Assembly (NCBI GenBank): GCA_964587475.1 | Contig: CAZPLF010000006.1 | Coordinates: forward strand, 1 to 64,000 | From: an uncultured Mariniplasma sp. | GTDB taxonomy: Bacteria; Bacillota_I; Bacilli_A; Acholeplasmatales; Acholeplasmataceae | Reading direction: 5' to 3' | DNA: 64,000 nucleotides | Shown here: positions 50,109 through 61,122 of the stretch, piece after piece | How the letters are laid out: each line of letters starts with the position of its first letter | Numbering within the stretch: position 1 is the first letter of the stretch | The notes under the pieces: model-generated | Databases searched by the model: none | What the model saw: only the letters and a program-made list of their open reading frames with translations | What the model was told of the DNA's origin: nothing | Translations under genes and position numbers: made by a program

Positions 50109-51087
50109 GCAATACAAAAAACTATTAATTATCCTCATATTTCCCTTTGTATATTTACTTTTTGTTTTGGTTGCACCTACACAATTAGCAGTAATTGCTC
50201 CAGGTGGACTCACACAAGTAGTTGAAACAATCGAAATTGATGGATATGAGATGGTTGACAATTTCAATACAATATATGTTTATACATATTCTCCAATAAC
50301 CCCATTTCAATCGTGGGTTTTAGCCATTGACGAAACCATCAACATCTATCCGATGACGAAGCGTCAAAAGGATTTATCGATGAAAGATGAATTTGCACAA
50401 GGTCAACTTTCGAAATTGGTCTCACTAAAAACATCAATCATTAAAGCCTATGAACTTGCTCATGATAGTAAACCTGAAATAAGCATTGATTATCATTATG
50501 AAGGGTTATATGTCTATTACCGACCTAGTCACATCGAAGGTCTTGAAATAGGGGATCAAATCGTTGCAATCAATGGTCGACACTATTCTGATTATACACA
50601 TGAAGAATTCGTTGCTTTAGCTTATGATCCTGAAGTTGAGTTTACAATTAAGCGTATTGAAGGTGAAGGAAACATCTATGAAAGTGTATCATATGTTTAT
50701 ACTGAAGATGATGCCTATATGATTTTTTATCCTGATTATGTGATTGATTTAGCAACTCCAAGCTTTCAGCTACCAGGTTTAAGTAGTCTTGTTGGCGGCC
50801 CAAGCGGGGGACTCATCCAAACACTTAGTATTTATGTAAGTTTAGTAAATATAAACATTGGTGATGTAAAAATTGCGGGTACAGGGACGATAGAAATGAG
50901 TGGAGATGTCGGTAGAATTGGTGGAATTACGCAAAAAATGTATACTGCAATCTACAATAATATCGACATTATGTTCATGCCATCATCCCATTATTCTGAG
51001 ATTCCCAACATGGATTATCCATTTATAATTGTAGCTGTAGACACTGTAGAAGAGGCGGTACAATGGCTCAATGAAGAGTTTAACTAA
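50092..51087 (+). CDS. YlbL/SepM-like membrane-anchored PDZ plus Lon-C (S16) protease
   Basis: N-terminal TM, a PDZ-like middle, and a C-terminal VGGPSGGL...GGI..K Lon-like Ser-Lys region. Confidence 0.6.
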   Translation: MLQLIKQYKKLLIILIFPFVYLLFVLVAPTQLAVIAPGGLTQVVETIEIDGYEMVDNFNTIYVYTYSPITPFQSWVLAIDETINIYPMTKRQKDLSMKDEFAQGQLSKLVSLKTSIIKAYELAHDSKPEISIDYHYEGLYVYYRPSHIEGLEIGDQIVAINGRHYSDYTHEEFVALAYDPEVEFTIKRIEGEGNIYESVSYVYTEDDAYMIFYPDYVIDLATPSFQLPGLSSLVGGPSGGLIQTLSIYVSLVNINIGDVKIAGTGTIEMSGDVGRIGGITQKMYTAIYNNIDIMFMPSSHYSEIPNMDYPFIIVAVDTVEEAVQWLNEEFN

Positions 51088-51466
51088 GATAATTGATTTT
51101 GTTTTTCGCTTCTTTAGAAGATTTGCCAAACTGGTTAAAATAATAGATAAAAAAACAGCGATGAAATTAGTTGTCAAATCTGTATTTGGAGCGTTACTGA
51201 TTTCGGTGTTGATCGTTTTAATACCAGCTTTAGTAATGATCAATATGTTTATATATACTAAACTTAAGTTTTTTATATCCATGCTTTTGGTTTTGCTCAT
51301 TATGGGGTGGAGTTTTCTTTATTATTATTTTTATTATCGGTTATTGAAAATTTATCATCCAGCACTTGAAGATATCAATACAAAAATACCTCAATTGACG
51401 GAAAGTACAATTGTTGCCTTATTTTTCATGATTTTAGGCATTGTCGTTCTGTCGGTTGTATTCTAG
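51071..51466 (+). CDS. Small membrane protein, hypothetical
   Basis: 131 aa with 3 TM segments. Confidence 0.4.
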   Translation: MKSLTKIIDFVFRFFRRFAKLVKIIDKKTAMKLVVKSVFGALLISVLIVLIPALVMINMFIYTKLKFFISMLLVLLIMGWSFLYYYFYYRLLKIYHPALEDINTKIPQLTESTIVALFFMILGIVVLSVVF

Positions 51467-51475
51467 GAGGATTCT

Positions 51476-52012
51476 ATGCTTTTAGCAACAATCATTATTA
51501 TATTCTCAATCTTAATAGATCAAATATCCAAACAGGTTGCTCAGGCTTATATACCTCTTTTGATGAGCGGAAATGATAATATCGTTCTTATTCCCAAATT
51601 AATTGAATTGAGTTACCATCAAAATACTGGAGCTTCGTTTAATATTTTTGATGGTGCACAACTATTTTTCATGCTCATTACAATTGTTGCACTGATTATA
51701 TTCGGTTATCTGTTCACAGATATTAATTTCAAAACCAAAAAAGTTTACAGTATTTCCATTGCTTTATTTATAGGTGGAACGCTTGGTAATGCTATCGACC
51801 GCGCTTTATTTGGATATGTTATTGATTTTTTACACTTTCCATTCTTGACACCAATCTTAAATTTATTTGGTGCTAGCAATTTCTATAACAATTTCGCAGA
51901 CATCTTTTTAAGTGCTGCAATCGTTTTATTCGCTATTGATCTATTTGTAATTGATCCAAAGCGAAAGAAAAAGGAGAAACAAAATGTCATTATCAATCAA
52001 GATCAATCATGA
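51476..52012 (+). CDS. lspA: Lipoprotein signal peptidase II
   Basis: Motifs NTGASF, GGTLGNAIDR and FLHFP. Confidence 0.88.
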   Translation: MLLATIIIIFSILIDQISKQVAQAYIPLLMSGNDNIVLIPKLIELSYHQNTGASFNIFDGAQLFFMLITIVALIIFGYLFTDINFKTKKVYSISIALFIGGTLGNAIDRALFGYVIDFLHFPFLTPILNLFGASNFYNNFADIFLSAAIVLFAIDLFVIDPKRKKKEKQNVIINQDQS

Positions 52013-52898
52013 ATCTGTTGGATTGAGGCTAGATCACTTTCTTCTGGAACATTACTATAAAGAAAAAAGTAGAAGTTATGTTCAGCATGCAATCAAAGAA
52101 GGCTATGTATTAGTCAATGGGGTAAAAGCTAAAACTGGACATACGTTAAAATTAGACGATTTAATCCAATTAGAAGCTATTGAAACCAAAAAACTTGATT
52201 TGGATGCTGTCAATTTGCATTTGGACATTGTTTATGAAGATGATGACCTACTCGTCATCAATAAACCTCAAGGTATGGTTGTCCATCCAGCTTCTAGTTA
52301 CCATGAACCAACATTAGTCCATGGTCTTTTATATCAAGTTGACGAATTGAGTTCAATCAATGGGGTTGCACGTCCTGGTATCGTTCATCGTATCGATAAA
52401 GATACTTCAGGATTGCTTGTTGTTGCAAAAAATGACTTTACCCATCAAGCCTTAAGTCATGATCTCTCAGAACATAAAATTCAAAGAGAATACATTACTT
52501 TAGTCTATGGGAAGTTTAAAGAGAACGAGGGAACAATTGATGCTCCAATCTCAAGACACCCCAAAAATAGACTAAAAATGACAATCGTAAGTGGTGGGAA
52601 ACCAGCAAAGACCCATTTTAACGTCATTGATAGATTCGAACACTACACATTGCTGACTTGTCAGTTGGAAACAGGTAGAACACATCAAATTCGTGTTCAT
52701 ATGGCCTATATCAACCACCCCATAGTTGGTGATCCAATCTATGGACCTAAAGATGTTGTCGGAAAAACCGGACAATTCTTACATGCTCAAAAAATATCGT
52801 TTTTCCATCCAACAAAAAAAGAGCATATGACATTTACTGCCGATATGCCCCAAGAATTTAAAGATATTTTGAAAAAACTTACGTCAGATTCTGTTTAG
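51984..52898 (+). CDS. rluD: RluA/RluD-family 23S rRNA pseudouridine synthase
   Basis: S4 domain followed by the HRIDKDTSGLLVVAK catalytic motif. Confidence 0.88.
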   Translation: MSLSIKINHESVGLRLDHFLLEHYYKEKSRSYVQHAIKEGYVLVNGVKAKTGHTLKLDDLIQLEAIETKKLDLDAVNLHLDIVYEDDDLLVINKPQGMVVHPASSYHEPTLVHGLLYQVDELSSINGVARPGIVHRIDKDTSGLLVVAKNDFTHQALSHDLSEHKIQREYITLVYGKFKENEGTIDAPISRHPKNRLKMTIVSGGKPAKTHFNVIDRFEHYTLLTCQLETGRTHQIRVHMAYINHPIVGDPIYGPKDVVGKTGQFLHAQKISFFHPTKKEHMTFTADMPQEFKDILKKLTSDSV

Positions 52899-53742
52899 TG
52901 ACATTCTTGAAATTCATTTTTGTGACTAATGATAATGTTTTTAGTCCCCTAGAATCATAAATATCTCTGACCATTTCATCAACGTCTTTGCTAGCGCCTT
53001 TGAGTAAAGTAGTATCTAGCTTTTTGCCATATTCATCCATTTTAACCAAAAAGGCATATCGAGCAATAATAGAAGCAGCAGCAACACTTAAGTGAATCTG
53101 TTCTGCTCTAACATGAAAATCAATGTCACGGTAAATTAGGGTTTCATCTTTAATATAATTAAAGTATAATTGAGGTGTGCAAAATTGATCAACAATCACC
53201 GCAACAGGAGTTTTAAGTTTTGAAGATGTTTTAATGATTGCTTGATTATGTAGCAAAGCCTTGATTTTATTTAGATTATAACCTTGTTCGACAAGTTCAT
53301 TATATTTTCTAGGTGGAAGTATTAATAAAGAATGAATTAACTTTTTTGCTATTTTAGGTGCAATCGCAATAATTGCTTTATCATTCATGTTTTTAGAATC
53401 ACGAACATTCAAACTTTCTAAAAATGCGATGTCGCTTGAGGATGCATAAAGGGCACAAACTACAATGGGACCAAAAACATCTCCTGTACCGACTTCATCG
53501 GAACCAATGGCTTCATAATCTTCACGGTTGAGATGACTTTTGATAGAAACAAGTTCATGAGTAACTTCTTTACCTTGTAGCAAAACTTTCCCAGTTTTGT
53601 ATCCTAAAATATCAATACCATTGTGTTCTGCATGAAAAAGCAAATAGGGATTTGTATCCTCTATTTGGTGATATTGATAAACTTTGTTTAGTTTTTCGAG
53701 TTCAATTTCATTAACTGAAATGGTATAGTGCTTCATGGACAT
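52879..53742 (-). CDS. rnhC: Ribonuclease HIII
   Basis: N-terminal TBP-like domain followed by an RNase HII/HIII core (GSDEVGTGD). Confidence 0.85.
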   Translation of the reverse strand: MSMKHYTISVNEIELEKLNKVYQYHQIEDTNPYLLFHAEHNGIDILGYKTGKVLLQGKEVTHELVSIKSHLNREDYEAIGSDEVGTGDVFGPIVVCALYASSSDIAFLESLNVRDSKNMNDKAIIAIAPKIAKKLIHSLLILPPRKYNELVEQGYNLNKIKALLHNQAIIKTSSKLKTPVAVIVDQFCTPQLYFNYIKDETLIYRDIDFHVRAEQIHLSVAAASIIARYAFLVKMDEYGKKLDTTLLKGASKDVDEMVRDIYDSRGLKTLSLVTKMNFKNVTKQNLT

Positions 53743-53795
53743 CTCCTGCTCTTTATATATTATACCATATTTTTTAAAAAATAGGTGGCTCTTGA

Positions 53796-56116
53796 TGAGA
53801 TTTATGATGAATGCTTTAGAATTAAATCAAATACTTGAATTGATAGCAAAACATGCAAAATCAGATACGATTAGAAATGAAATTATCAATTTAGAACCCA
53901 TGACGGATATGCAGTTGATTGGACTAGCATTAGATGAAACCATGGATATGACCACACTCATTTTTCGAGCTGGTGTTTTACCGTTTTTAGAAGACTATGA
54001 CATTCACGAATTATTGAAATATGCGAGCCTAGAAAGAATATTTTCTATTCAAGAATTGTTGTATATCCGTTTATTTTTGTTGATGGAAAGAGATATCATC
54101 AAATATTTTCGTGAACTAGATCGGCTGAAAATTAATGTTGGATCCCTTTCGAAGTATTTTCAAAATCTTCATACACATCGTAGTTTACTTGATTATATTC
54201 AATCAAAAATAGATGAAGATGGTCAAATTTTAGATGATGCAACACCGGAACTATTGAGAATTAGAAGAGGTAAATCGAGATTTGAGAAACAGCTTCAAGA
54301 CAAATTACAGAAATTTCTCATCGATCACAGTGCCTACTTAAATGAATTGATCATAGTTCAGAGAAATGATCGTTTTTGTATACCAGTCAAGGATACATAT
54401 AAGAATAAAATCAAAGGTGTCATTCATGATGTTTCCGCTAGTAAGCAAACCATCTATATTGAACCTGAAGCAACCAGACAAATTACAGCACAAATTGAAC
54501 AGCTCAAAGTAGAAGAAGAAAAAGAAATCCAAAAGATAATTGCTTTATTAAGCGAAGAAGTTCATAATGCTCATGCGAGTCTGAAGGATAATCTAGACAT
54601 TTTTCTAGGCTTAGATTTCATTTCAGCAAAAGCTCAATATGCAATTAAGCTCAATGCAATGAAACCAAGTATCAATGAAGTTGGTACAATTTCATTGATT
54701 AAAGCGAAACATCCCTTATTGGATCAGAAGCTTGCGATACCGATTACGCTTGAATTAAATAAAGATCTTAAAACCTTATTGATTACTGGACCAAACACTG
54801 GTGGTAAAACAGTTGCTTTAAAGACAGTTGGATTATTGACCTTAATGACTCAATGTGGTCTATTAATTCCTGCGAGCGAAGCATCCAATGTAGCTATCTT
54901 TGATCAGATTTTTGCAGACATCGGAGACGAACAGTCTATTTTGCAATCTCTATCCACTTTTTCTTCGCATCTCAATAAAATTATAGCAATGATTGAAGGT
55001 GTGAAAGATAATAGTTTGGTATTGCTTGATGAACTTGGCAGTGGTACCGATCCAAATGAAGGTGTTTCCTTGGCAATTGCTATTCTTAACGCATTTAAAC
55101 CATTTGATATAAGAATGATGGTAACTACGCATTATTCTGAACTTAAGAGCTATGCTTATGAACAACCCAATATGATCACTGCAAGTGTCGCCTTTGACAA
55201 AAAGACGTTAAAACCTCTATACTACCTTCAAATGGGTACTACGGGGTCTTCACATGCATTTCTCATCGCAAGAAGACTTGGGCTAAAGGAAGAGGTTGTA
55301 AGAGACGCTGAAACCATTTATCAAGGCAGACAAACCGACTTAGCAAAAATCATGGAAAAACTCAATGATGAGATGCTCTATATTGAAAAACAAAAAGAAA
55401 ATCTTGCCAGTGAAATACTAGAAAGTAGAAAAGCTAAGATCGAATTTCAACAATCCAAAGAGAAATTATTAGCAGAACAAGATAAAACGATTGAGAAAGT
55501 AAGAATCAAAGAAGAAAAAGCATTTAATGAACTCAAAGACGAAGTGAGAGAAATTATCATTGAACTACAAAAGAAAAATGAAGTTTCAAAGCCAGAACTA
55601 GCAGCAATCAAGTATAAGCTTAATCAACAAATTGATAATCAAAAATTAGTTTCATTCGATGATGAGCTTCAAGTAGGTAATCGTGTATTTATTCTTTCTT
55701 ATCAGCAATATGGAGAGATTAAATCAATCAAGAATGATGATTATCGAGTTGTATTCGGCAAATTTGACTTGGTATTTAAATCCTATGAATTAAGAAAAGA
55801 AGAAGCCAAAAAAGAGCCAGATAAGGCTGTGAAACATGAAAAACACATCATTGGAGATACACCTGTACGAAGTGCTAAGTTTGAGCTTGATTTAAGAGGA
55901 TATCGCTTTGAAGAAGTTAAAGATGCCATGGATCAAGCTATTGATTCTGCAATACTTTCGGGTTTAGAAACCATGCGCATTATACATGGCTTTGGAAGCG
56001 GTGCAGTAAGAAAAGCTGTCTATGATTATATCAAGTCTTCACCATATATCAAGACACATCGGTTTGGTGGTGATGGAGAAGGATTAAATGGCGTTACAAT
56101 AATTACTTTAAAATAG
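53796..56116 (+). CDS. mutS2: Endonuclease MutS2 (MutS ATPase plus C-terminal Smr)
   Basis: Walker A GPNTGGKT and a C-terminal Smr domain. Start at ATG 53796 after RBS GGTGG. The ORF-track start overlaps rnhC. Confidence 0.88.
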
Positions 56117-56191
56117 TGCATAAGGCTTGATAAATTCAAGTTTTCAGCATATAATAAGAATTGAAAATTATAAAGAAATGAGGAAAATTTA

Positions 56192-56500
56192 ATGATTGAT
56201 TATCAAGGACAACCCTATCAAGAAGTAATTGGACATCAAGGTTTAGTTGTAGTACAGTATTTTGCAACTTGGTGTGGACCATGCAAAATGTTAAAACCGG
56301 TTTTAGAATCTTTGAGTACAGAAATGGTAGACACTAAGTTTTATCGGATAGATATTGATTTATATAGAAATCAAGCTGTAGAAGCTGGCATTCGCAGCGT
56401 TCCAACTGTAGTACTGTATAAAGATGGCGAAGAAGTTGATCGCCAAAGCGGTTATCAACCTAAAGAAAGAGTAGCTGCTTGGTTTAACCAATTCAAATAA
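56192..56500 (+). CDS. trxA: Thioredoxin
   Basis: WCGPC active site. 102 aa. Confidence 0.92.
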   Translation: MIDYQGQPYQEVIGHQGLVVVQYFATWCGPCKMLKPVLESLSTEMVDTKFYRIDIDLYRNQAVEAGIRSVPTVVLYKDGEEVDRQSGYQPKERVAAWFNQFK

Positions 56501-56502
56501 AT

Positions 56503-56530
56503 AGAGCACGCGAGTGCTTTTTTTATTCTG
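56503..56530 (+). terminator. Rho-independent terminator
   Basis: AGCAC-GCG-GUGCU hairpin followed by UUUUUUU. Confidence 0.7.
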
Positions 56531-56562
56531 CGAAATAGTGTATAATTTGAGGTGGTGATAAC

Positions 56563-57411
56563 ATGGATGGTTTTTTTCTCATCAACAAGCCTATCGGAAT
56601 GACGTCTCATGATGTTGTTTTTCAGATTAAAAAGAAATTTCATCTTGATAAAATTGGCCATACAGGTACATTAGACCCATTTGCAAGTGGTCTTTTAATT
56701 CTTTGTGCAGGAAAAGCAACAAAACTTGCCTATTTGTTTTCTAATCTAGATAAAACCTATGAAGGTTCAATTCTTTTTGGTCATCATTATGATACTTATG
56801 ATACAACCGGAAAAATCATGAATTCAAAAATCACAAATCTCAAAACAGATGATATTGAGTTGGCGATGAAACAAATGATAGGTACATATAATCAGCTGCC
56901 ACCAATGTATTCTGCGATCAAGCAAAATGGTAGAAAACTCTACGAACTTGCACGTCAAGGACAGGATATTGAAAGAGAGACAAGACCAGTTGTCATCTAT
57001 GATTTCAAGATGACAAGTACCTATGAGTTAAATAAATGCTCATTTTATGCTTTTGTATCAAAAGGTACCTATATTAGAAGCCTCGCCGTTGATTTAGCTG
57101 AAAAACTTGATACATATGCTGCTCTTGACTCACTAAATCGCTTATCAATCGGTCAATATATGCTTCAAAATTCAAAAAGCATTGAAGAAATTACAAAAGA
57201 TGATATGATATCTTTAAAGACATTCTTTAAAAATACCCAACGTGTTATTCTTAATGATTATTTGATTGGTTTGGTCAAAAATGGAGTTTATCTTGATGAT
57301 CGTCAAATCATAACAGATCAACCATTTATTGTATATAATGAAAAAGAAGAAATGATAGCCTTTTATGAAGTAAAAAATGAGAATCAGTATAAACCAGTAT
57401 TGATTTTATAG
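56563..57411 (+). CDS. truB: tRNA pseudouridine(55) synthase
   Basis: GHTGTLDP catalytic motif. Confidence 0.9.
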   Translation: MDGFFLINKPIGMTSHDVVFQIKKKFHLDKIGHTGTLDPFASGLLILCAGKATKLAYLFSNLDKTYEGSILFGHHYDTYDTTGKIMNSKITNLKTDDIELAMKQMIGTYNQLPPMYSAIKQNGRKLYELARQGQDIERETRPVVIYDFKMTSTYELNKCSFYAFVSKGTYIRSLAVDLAEKLDTYAALDSLNRLSIGQYMLQNSKSIEEITKDDMISLKTFFKNTQRVILNDYLIGLVKNGVYLDDRQIITDQPFIVYNEKEEMIAFYEVKNENQYKPVLIL

Positions 57412-57419
57412 GAGTTAAC

Positions 57420-58325
57420 ATGAAAATAGTATCTGCAAACTATAAGTTAATACAAAATGATGAACCCATAACACTTGCTATGGGTAATTTTGACGGACTT
57501 CATCTTGGGCACCAGAAACTCATCAAACGTGTTGTCACTTATACCGATACCAAGCATGCTGTTTTGACATTTGAACCACACCCATCTTTTATCTTGCGCA
57601 AGCAACCGTTTAAGACTTTGACACAAAAAAATGACAAAATTGAACTTTTATCAAGCTATGGACTCGATTTTGTCTTTGTTATTGATTTTAATCTAGAATT
57701 TTCACATTTATCGATACAAGAATTTGTTGAATTTTTAAGAAGAATAAATGTAAAACGCTTAGTTATAGGAAGAGATGCAAGATTTGCTTATCGCGGTGTG
57801 GGCACAATTGCCGATTTGAAGAAATGGTTTATTATAGATGTTGTTGAGGATATGCAATTTAACAATACACGTCTTTCTACAACATACGTTAAAGACTACC
57901 TTTTGGCAGGAGATCTTGCTGCAGCACGCACACTTCTTAACAGATATTATCACATCAAAGGACAAGTCATACACGGAAACCACGTGGGACATAAACTAGG
58001 TTTTCCCACAGCAAATATTGACTACGATCATTATTTTTTACCTCAAAGTGGTGTTTATTATGTGCGCGTATTATTTAAGGGTATATGGTATCACGGTATG
58101 GCAAATATTGGTAATAATCCGACTCTAAACTTCAGTTTTGAGAAAAGATTAGAAATATATATTCTTGATTTTGATCAAAATATCTACGGTCAGAATTTAG
58201 AAATTGTATTTTTTATGCGATTTAGAGATGAACTTAAATTCAAAGGGAAAAAGGAATTAATCGAGCAATTAAAGAAGGATGAAATTGAAGTGAGAAGATT
58301 AACAAATCTGAAAATTATGATATAA
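57420..58325 (+). CDS. ribF: Bifunctional riboflavin kinase / FAD synthetase
   Basis: GNFDGLHLGH nucleotidyltransferase motif and a C-terminal riboflavin kinase domain. Confidence 0.9.
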   Translation: MKIVSANYKLIQNDEPITLAMGNFDGLHLGHQKLIKRVVTYTDTKHAVLTFEPHPSFILRKQPFKTLTQKNDKIELLSSYGLDFVFVIDFNLEFSHLSIQEFVEFLRRINVKRLVIGRDARFAYRGVGTIADLKKWFIIDVVEDMQFNNTRLSTTYVKDYLLAGDLAAARTLLNRYYHIKGQVIHGNHVGHKLGFPTANIDYDHYFLPQSGVYYVRVLFKGIWYHGMANIGNNPTLNFSFEKRLEIYILDFDQNIYGQNLEIVFFMRFRDELKFKGKKELIEQLKKDEIEVRRLTNLKIMI

Positions 58326-58348
58326 TATGACCGTAAGGTGGTGGATTT

Positions 58349-58672
58349 ATGAAATTGATATTAGCTATCGTATCTAACGATGATGCAAACAAAGTTCAAA
58401 AAGCATTAGTTAAAGATAGATTCTTTTCAACACGTCTTGCAACCACTGGTGGATTCCTTAGAGCAGGTAATGTTACATTTCTCATTGGAGTCAATGACGA
58501 GAAGGTACCTCAAGCACTTGAAATCATTGAAGCACACAGTAAAAAGAGAACTAAACTCGTTCCAAATACCATTGTTAATGAATTTGGATCATTCTCCGCA
58601 TTACCTATAGAAGTAGAAGTCGGTGGTGCAACAGTCTTTGTTGTAAACGTTGACCAATTTGTTAAAATATAG
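58349..58672 (+). CDS. darA: PII-like c-di-AMP receptor DarA (YaaQ/PstA family)
   Basis: Aligns with B. subtilis DarA across 107 aa: KLATTGGFL, GNVTF.IGV, VEVEVGGATVFV..VD.F. Confidence 0.8.
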   Translation: MKLILAIVSNDDANKVQKALVKDRFFSTRLATTGGFLRAGNVTFLIGVNDEKVPQALEIIEAHSKKRTKLVPNTIVNEFGSFSALPIEVEVGGATVFVVNVDQFVKI

Positions 58673-58767
58673 TTGCATTTTATAAAAAAAATGCTACAAT
58701 ATAAAAGGCGGTAACAAGGATGAGGGAAAGCCAACCCCGTCTTTAGTTATTCGAGAAAGGAAACACT

Positions 58768-59037
58768 ATGGCATTAGATAAGGCAAAAAAGACTGAAATC
58801 ATCAAAGCATATGCAATCAAAGAAGGGGACACTGGTTCGCCAGAAGTTCAAATCGCAGTTCTTACTCAAGAAATCAACGATTTAAACAACCATCTTACAC
58901 AGCATATTCATGATTTTCACTCTCGTCGTGGTCTTTATATGAAGATCGGACTAAGACGTCGCTTGTTAAAGTATTTACGTTCAAAAGACGTAACACGTTA
59001 TCAAGTATTGATTCAAAAACTTGGATTACGTCGGTAA
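58768..59037 (+). CDS. rpsO: 30S ribosomal protein S15
   Basis: 89 aa. Canonical S15 sequence. Confidence 0.95.
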   Translation: MALDKAKKTEIIKAYAIKEGDTGSPEVQIAVLTQEINDLNNHLTQHIHDFHSRRGLYMKIGLRRRLLKYLRSKDVTRYQVLIQKLGLRR

Positions 59038-59038
59038 A

Positions 59039-59068
59039 AAGATTGCTCAAGCAATCTTTTTTTTTATT
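59039..59068 (+). terminator. Rho-independent terminator
   Basis: AGAUUGCU-caa-GCAAUCU hairpin followed by a long U-run. Confidence 0.75.
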
Positions 59069-59073
59069 TATTC

Positions 59074-60906
59074 TTAACTGCGATTAAATAGTTTTTTTAG
59101 TAGATCAACATATAAATCTTGTGTATGCTCAGTATTTGTTATTTCTATAGCTACAATTGGATCATCAGTAATGATGCCGTCGATGTCACTGAAAATAAGT
59201 GATTCTAATTGCGCAGGATCGTTAACTGTCCATACATAAGCCTTTTTCCCTTTGAGATGGATGAGATCTAAAAGACCTGGATTACCTTGAATATACGATC
59301 TTTCGAGACCATAAGCATCAACCTCTATAAAATTAATCAGTGTGTCTGGATTACCAAAATATGATGAGAGAAGAAGTAAAGTTTGATAATCAGAATTCAT
59401 GGCTTTTATGCGCTGAAGCTGACTTCGATTCGTTGATAAAAATGTTGTTATATCGAGCATATCGTTTTCTTCAATCATTTCAATAACTATTTGTTCCAAA
59501 TTTTCATTATTGGCCTTAAGATCAATAAAGATGTTAATCTGATGATCAATTAAAGCTATAGCTTCTTCAAGAGTAGGTACGGGTTCAAAAAGATAGTCAG
59601 TTGAAAACCAGCTTCCTGCACTTACTTCTTTAAGTTCCTCTAAAGTCATATCCTGGACCCTAATACCACTTGTTACATTTGTTGTTCGTTTGATTGTATC
59701 ATCATGCATCAAAACTGGTATGCCATCTTTTGTTAATCGAACATCAAATTCAACAACATCAGCACCTTGATTAATTGCTAGCTCTATGGATGCAAGTGTA
59801 TTTTCAGGTGCATACATAGAAGAACCCCTATGTGCAACAATTTCGGTTTTATTGAGTAATTCAAATTGGGATTCAGGTTGAACGACAGCAACTATTGTTG
59901 TAATATTTAGAATTGAAAATAGGATAATTAAGACAACAAAACCTCTTCTGAACCATTTTGAATTGAAATTAACCTTATTCATTCTTACGAGTAAAGCATC
60001 AGGTCTTACAAGTCCATTTTTTTCTTTATATTGGTAATACCATGTGGTTATAAGTGAAAAGTTAACGGGTATTAAAATGATGGTTGCAAATAAACCTACA
60101 ATGAGATATACAGAATAAAGTACGGATAGCAAATAACCAAGAATAACTTCTTGACCTCTAGTGATCCAAATGAAACCAGCGATGAAAGCAATGATCAAAA
60201 AATAGAATAAATAGAGAATTAAATTGAGAAATAGATTGACGACTCCAAATTCAAGAAGCATTTTTAATCTATTTCCTTTAAGCATCTTCCTGCTTTGATA
60301 ATAAGCAGATTTTAGCGAATACTGATCGATTGAAAATAGATGTATAGAAAAAAGAGATTCAATAAAAATGACAATCATCAAGAAGATAAAACCATATATA
60401 ATGATGCTAAAAAGTTGATTTTGATTGATCTGATTAACGATATAAGATGGTATTTGTACGGTTGATGCAATACCAACAAAATTCATAATTTGAACCAGAA
60501 ACACCAAAGAAAATGCGGGTACTAATATAAAAATATGATATTTTCTAAATGCAAGCAAGACACGTTTAAATCCTAGCAAAACAAAGTTACTAAAGGAGAT
60601 GTTTTGTTTATGGTACCCCAAATCATAGAGTAAAGCGAGAAAAATGAATTCTACAAGAATATAGACACTAAATAACAAAATGAGCATAAAAATCAGAAAT
60701 AATGTTAATGGTTTGGTGAGATAACTGATAAATTGTGCGTTGATAACATATGTATATCCACTTGCAGATATTGAATAATAAAAGATGAGTCTAGCAATTG
60801 GATAAATGATAAAAATACCTATAATTCTATAGATGAATTCGAATAACAAAAGCGTTCTGCCATTAAAAAGCATTTGCTTAAAAGCTTGAACCATTGTTTT
60901 TTTCAT
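59074..60906 (-). CDS. Polytopic membrane protein with a C-terminal glycerophosphodiester phosphodiesterase (GDPD) domain
   Basis: About 8 TM segments followed by HRGSSMYAPENT...VEFDVRLTKDGIPVLMHDDT, the GDPD catalytic His/Glu/Asp region. Confidence 0.8.
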   Translation of the reverse strand: MKKTMVQAFKQMLFNGRTLLLFEFIYRIIGIFIIYPIARLIFYYSISASGYTYVINAQFISYLTKPLTLFLIFMLILLFSVYILVEFIFLALLYDLGYHKQNISFSNFVLLGFKRVLLAFRKYHIFILVPAFSLVFLVQIMNFVGIASTVQIPSYIVNQINQNQLFSIIIYGFIFLMIVIFIESLFSIHLFSIDQYSLKSAYYQSRKMLKGNRLKMLLEFGVVNLFLNLILYLFYFLIIAFIAGFIWITRGQEVILGYLLSVLYSVYLIVGLFATIILIPVNFSLITTWYYQYKEKNGLVRPDALLVRMNKVNFNSKWFRRGFVVLIILFSILNITTIVAVVQPESQFELLNKTEIVAHRGSSMYAPENTLASIELAINQGADVVEFDVRLTKDGIPVLMHDDTIKRTTNVTSGIRVQDMTLEELKEVSAGSWFSTDYLFEPVPTLEEAIALIDHQINIFIDLKANNENLEQIVIEMIEENDMLDITTFLSTNRSQLQRIKAMNSDYQTLLLLSSYFGNPDTLINFIEVDAYGLERSYIQGNPGLLDLIHLKGKKAYVWTVNDPAQLESLIFSDIDGIITDDPIVAIEITNTEHTQDLYVDLLKKLFNRS

Positions 60907-61122
60907 ATAATCACACTCAATTCACATCTTCATTATATCATTTTGAAACAAAGTATTTTAAACATAAGGTGTAGTAGAATATCTCGTTTGATAACGAAAT
61001 CTCTAAAAATCGAGAAATAATCTACAAACGACTCTTTTTACTATGAATAAATACAAATTATGGTATAATTATTAAGGTTAAAAAAATAGAAAAGAAATAT
61101 AAAATGAAGGAGATTTTATATC

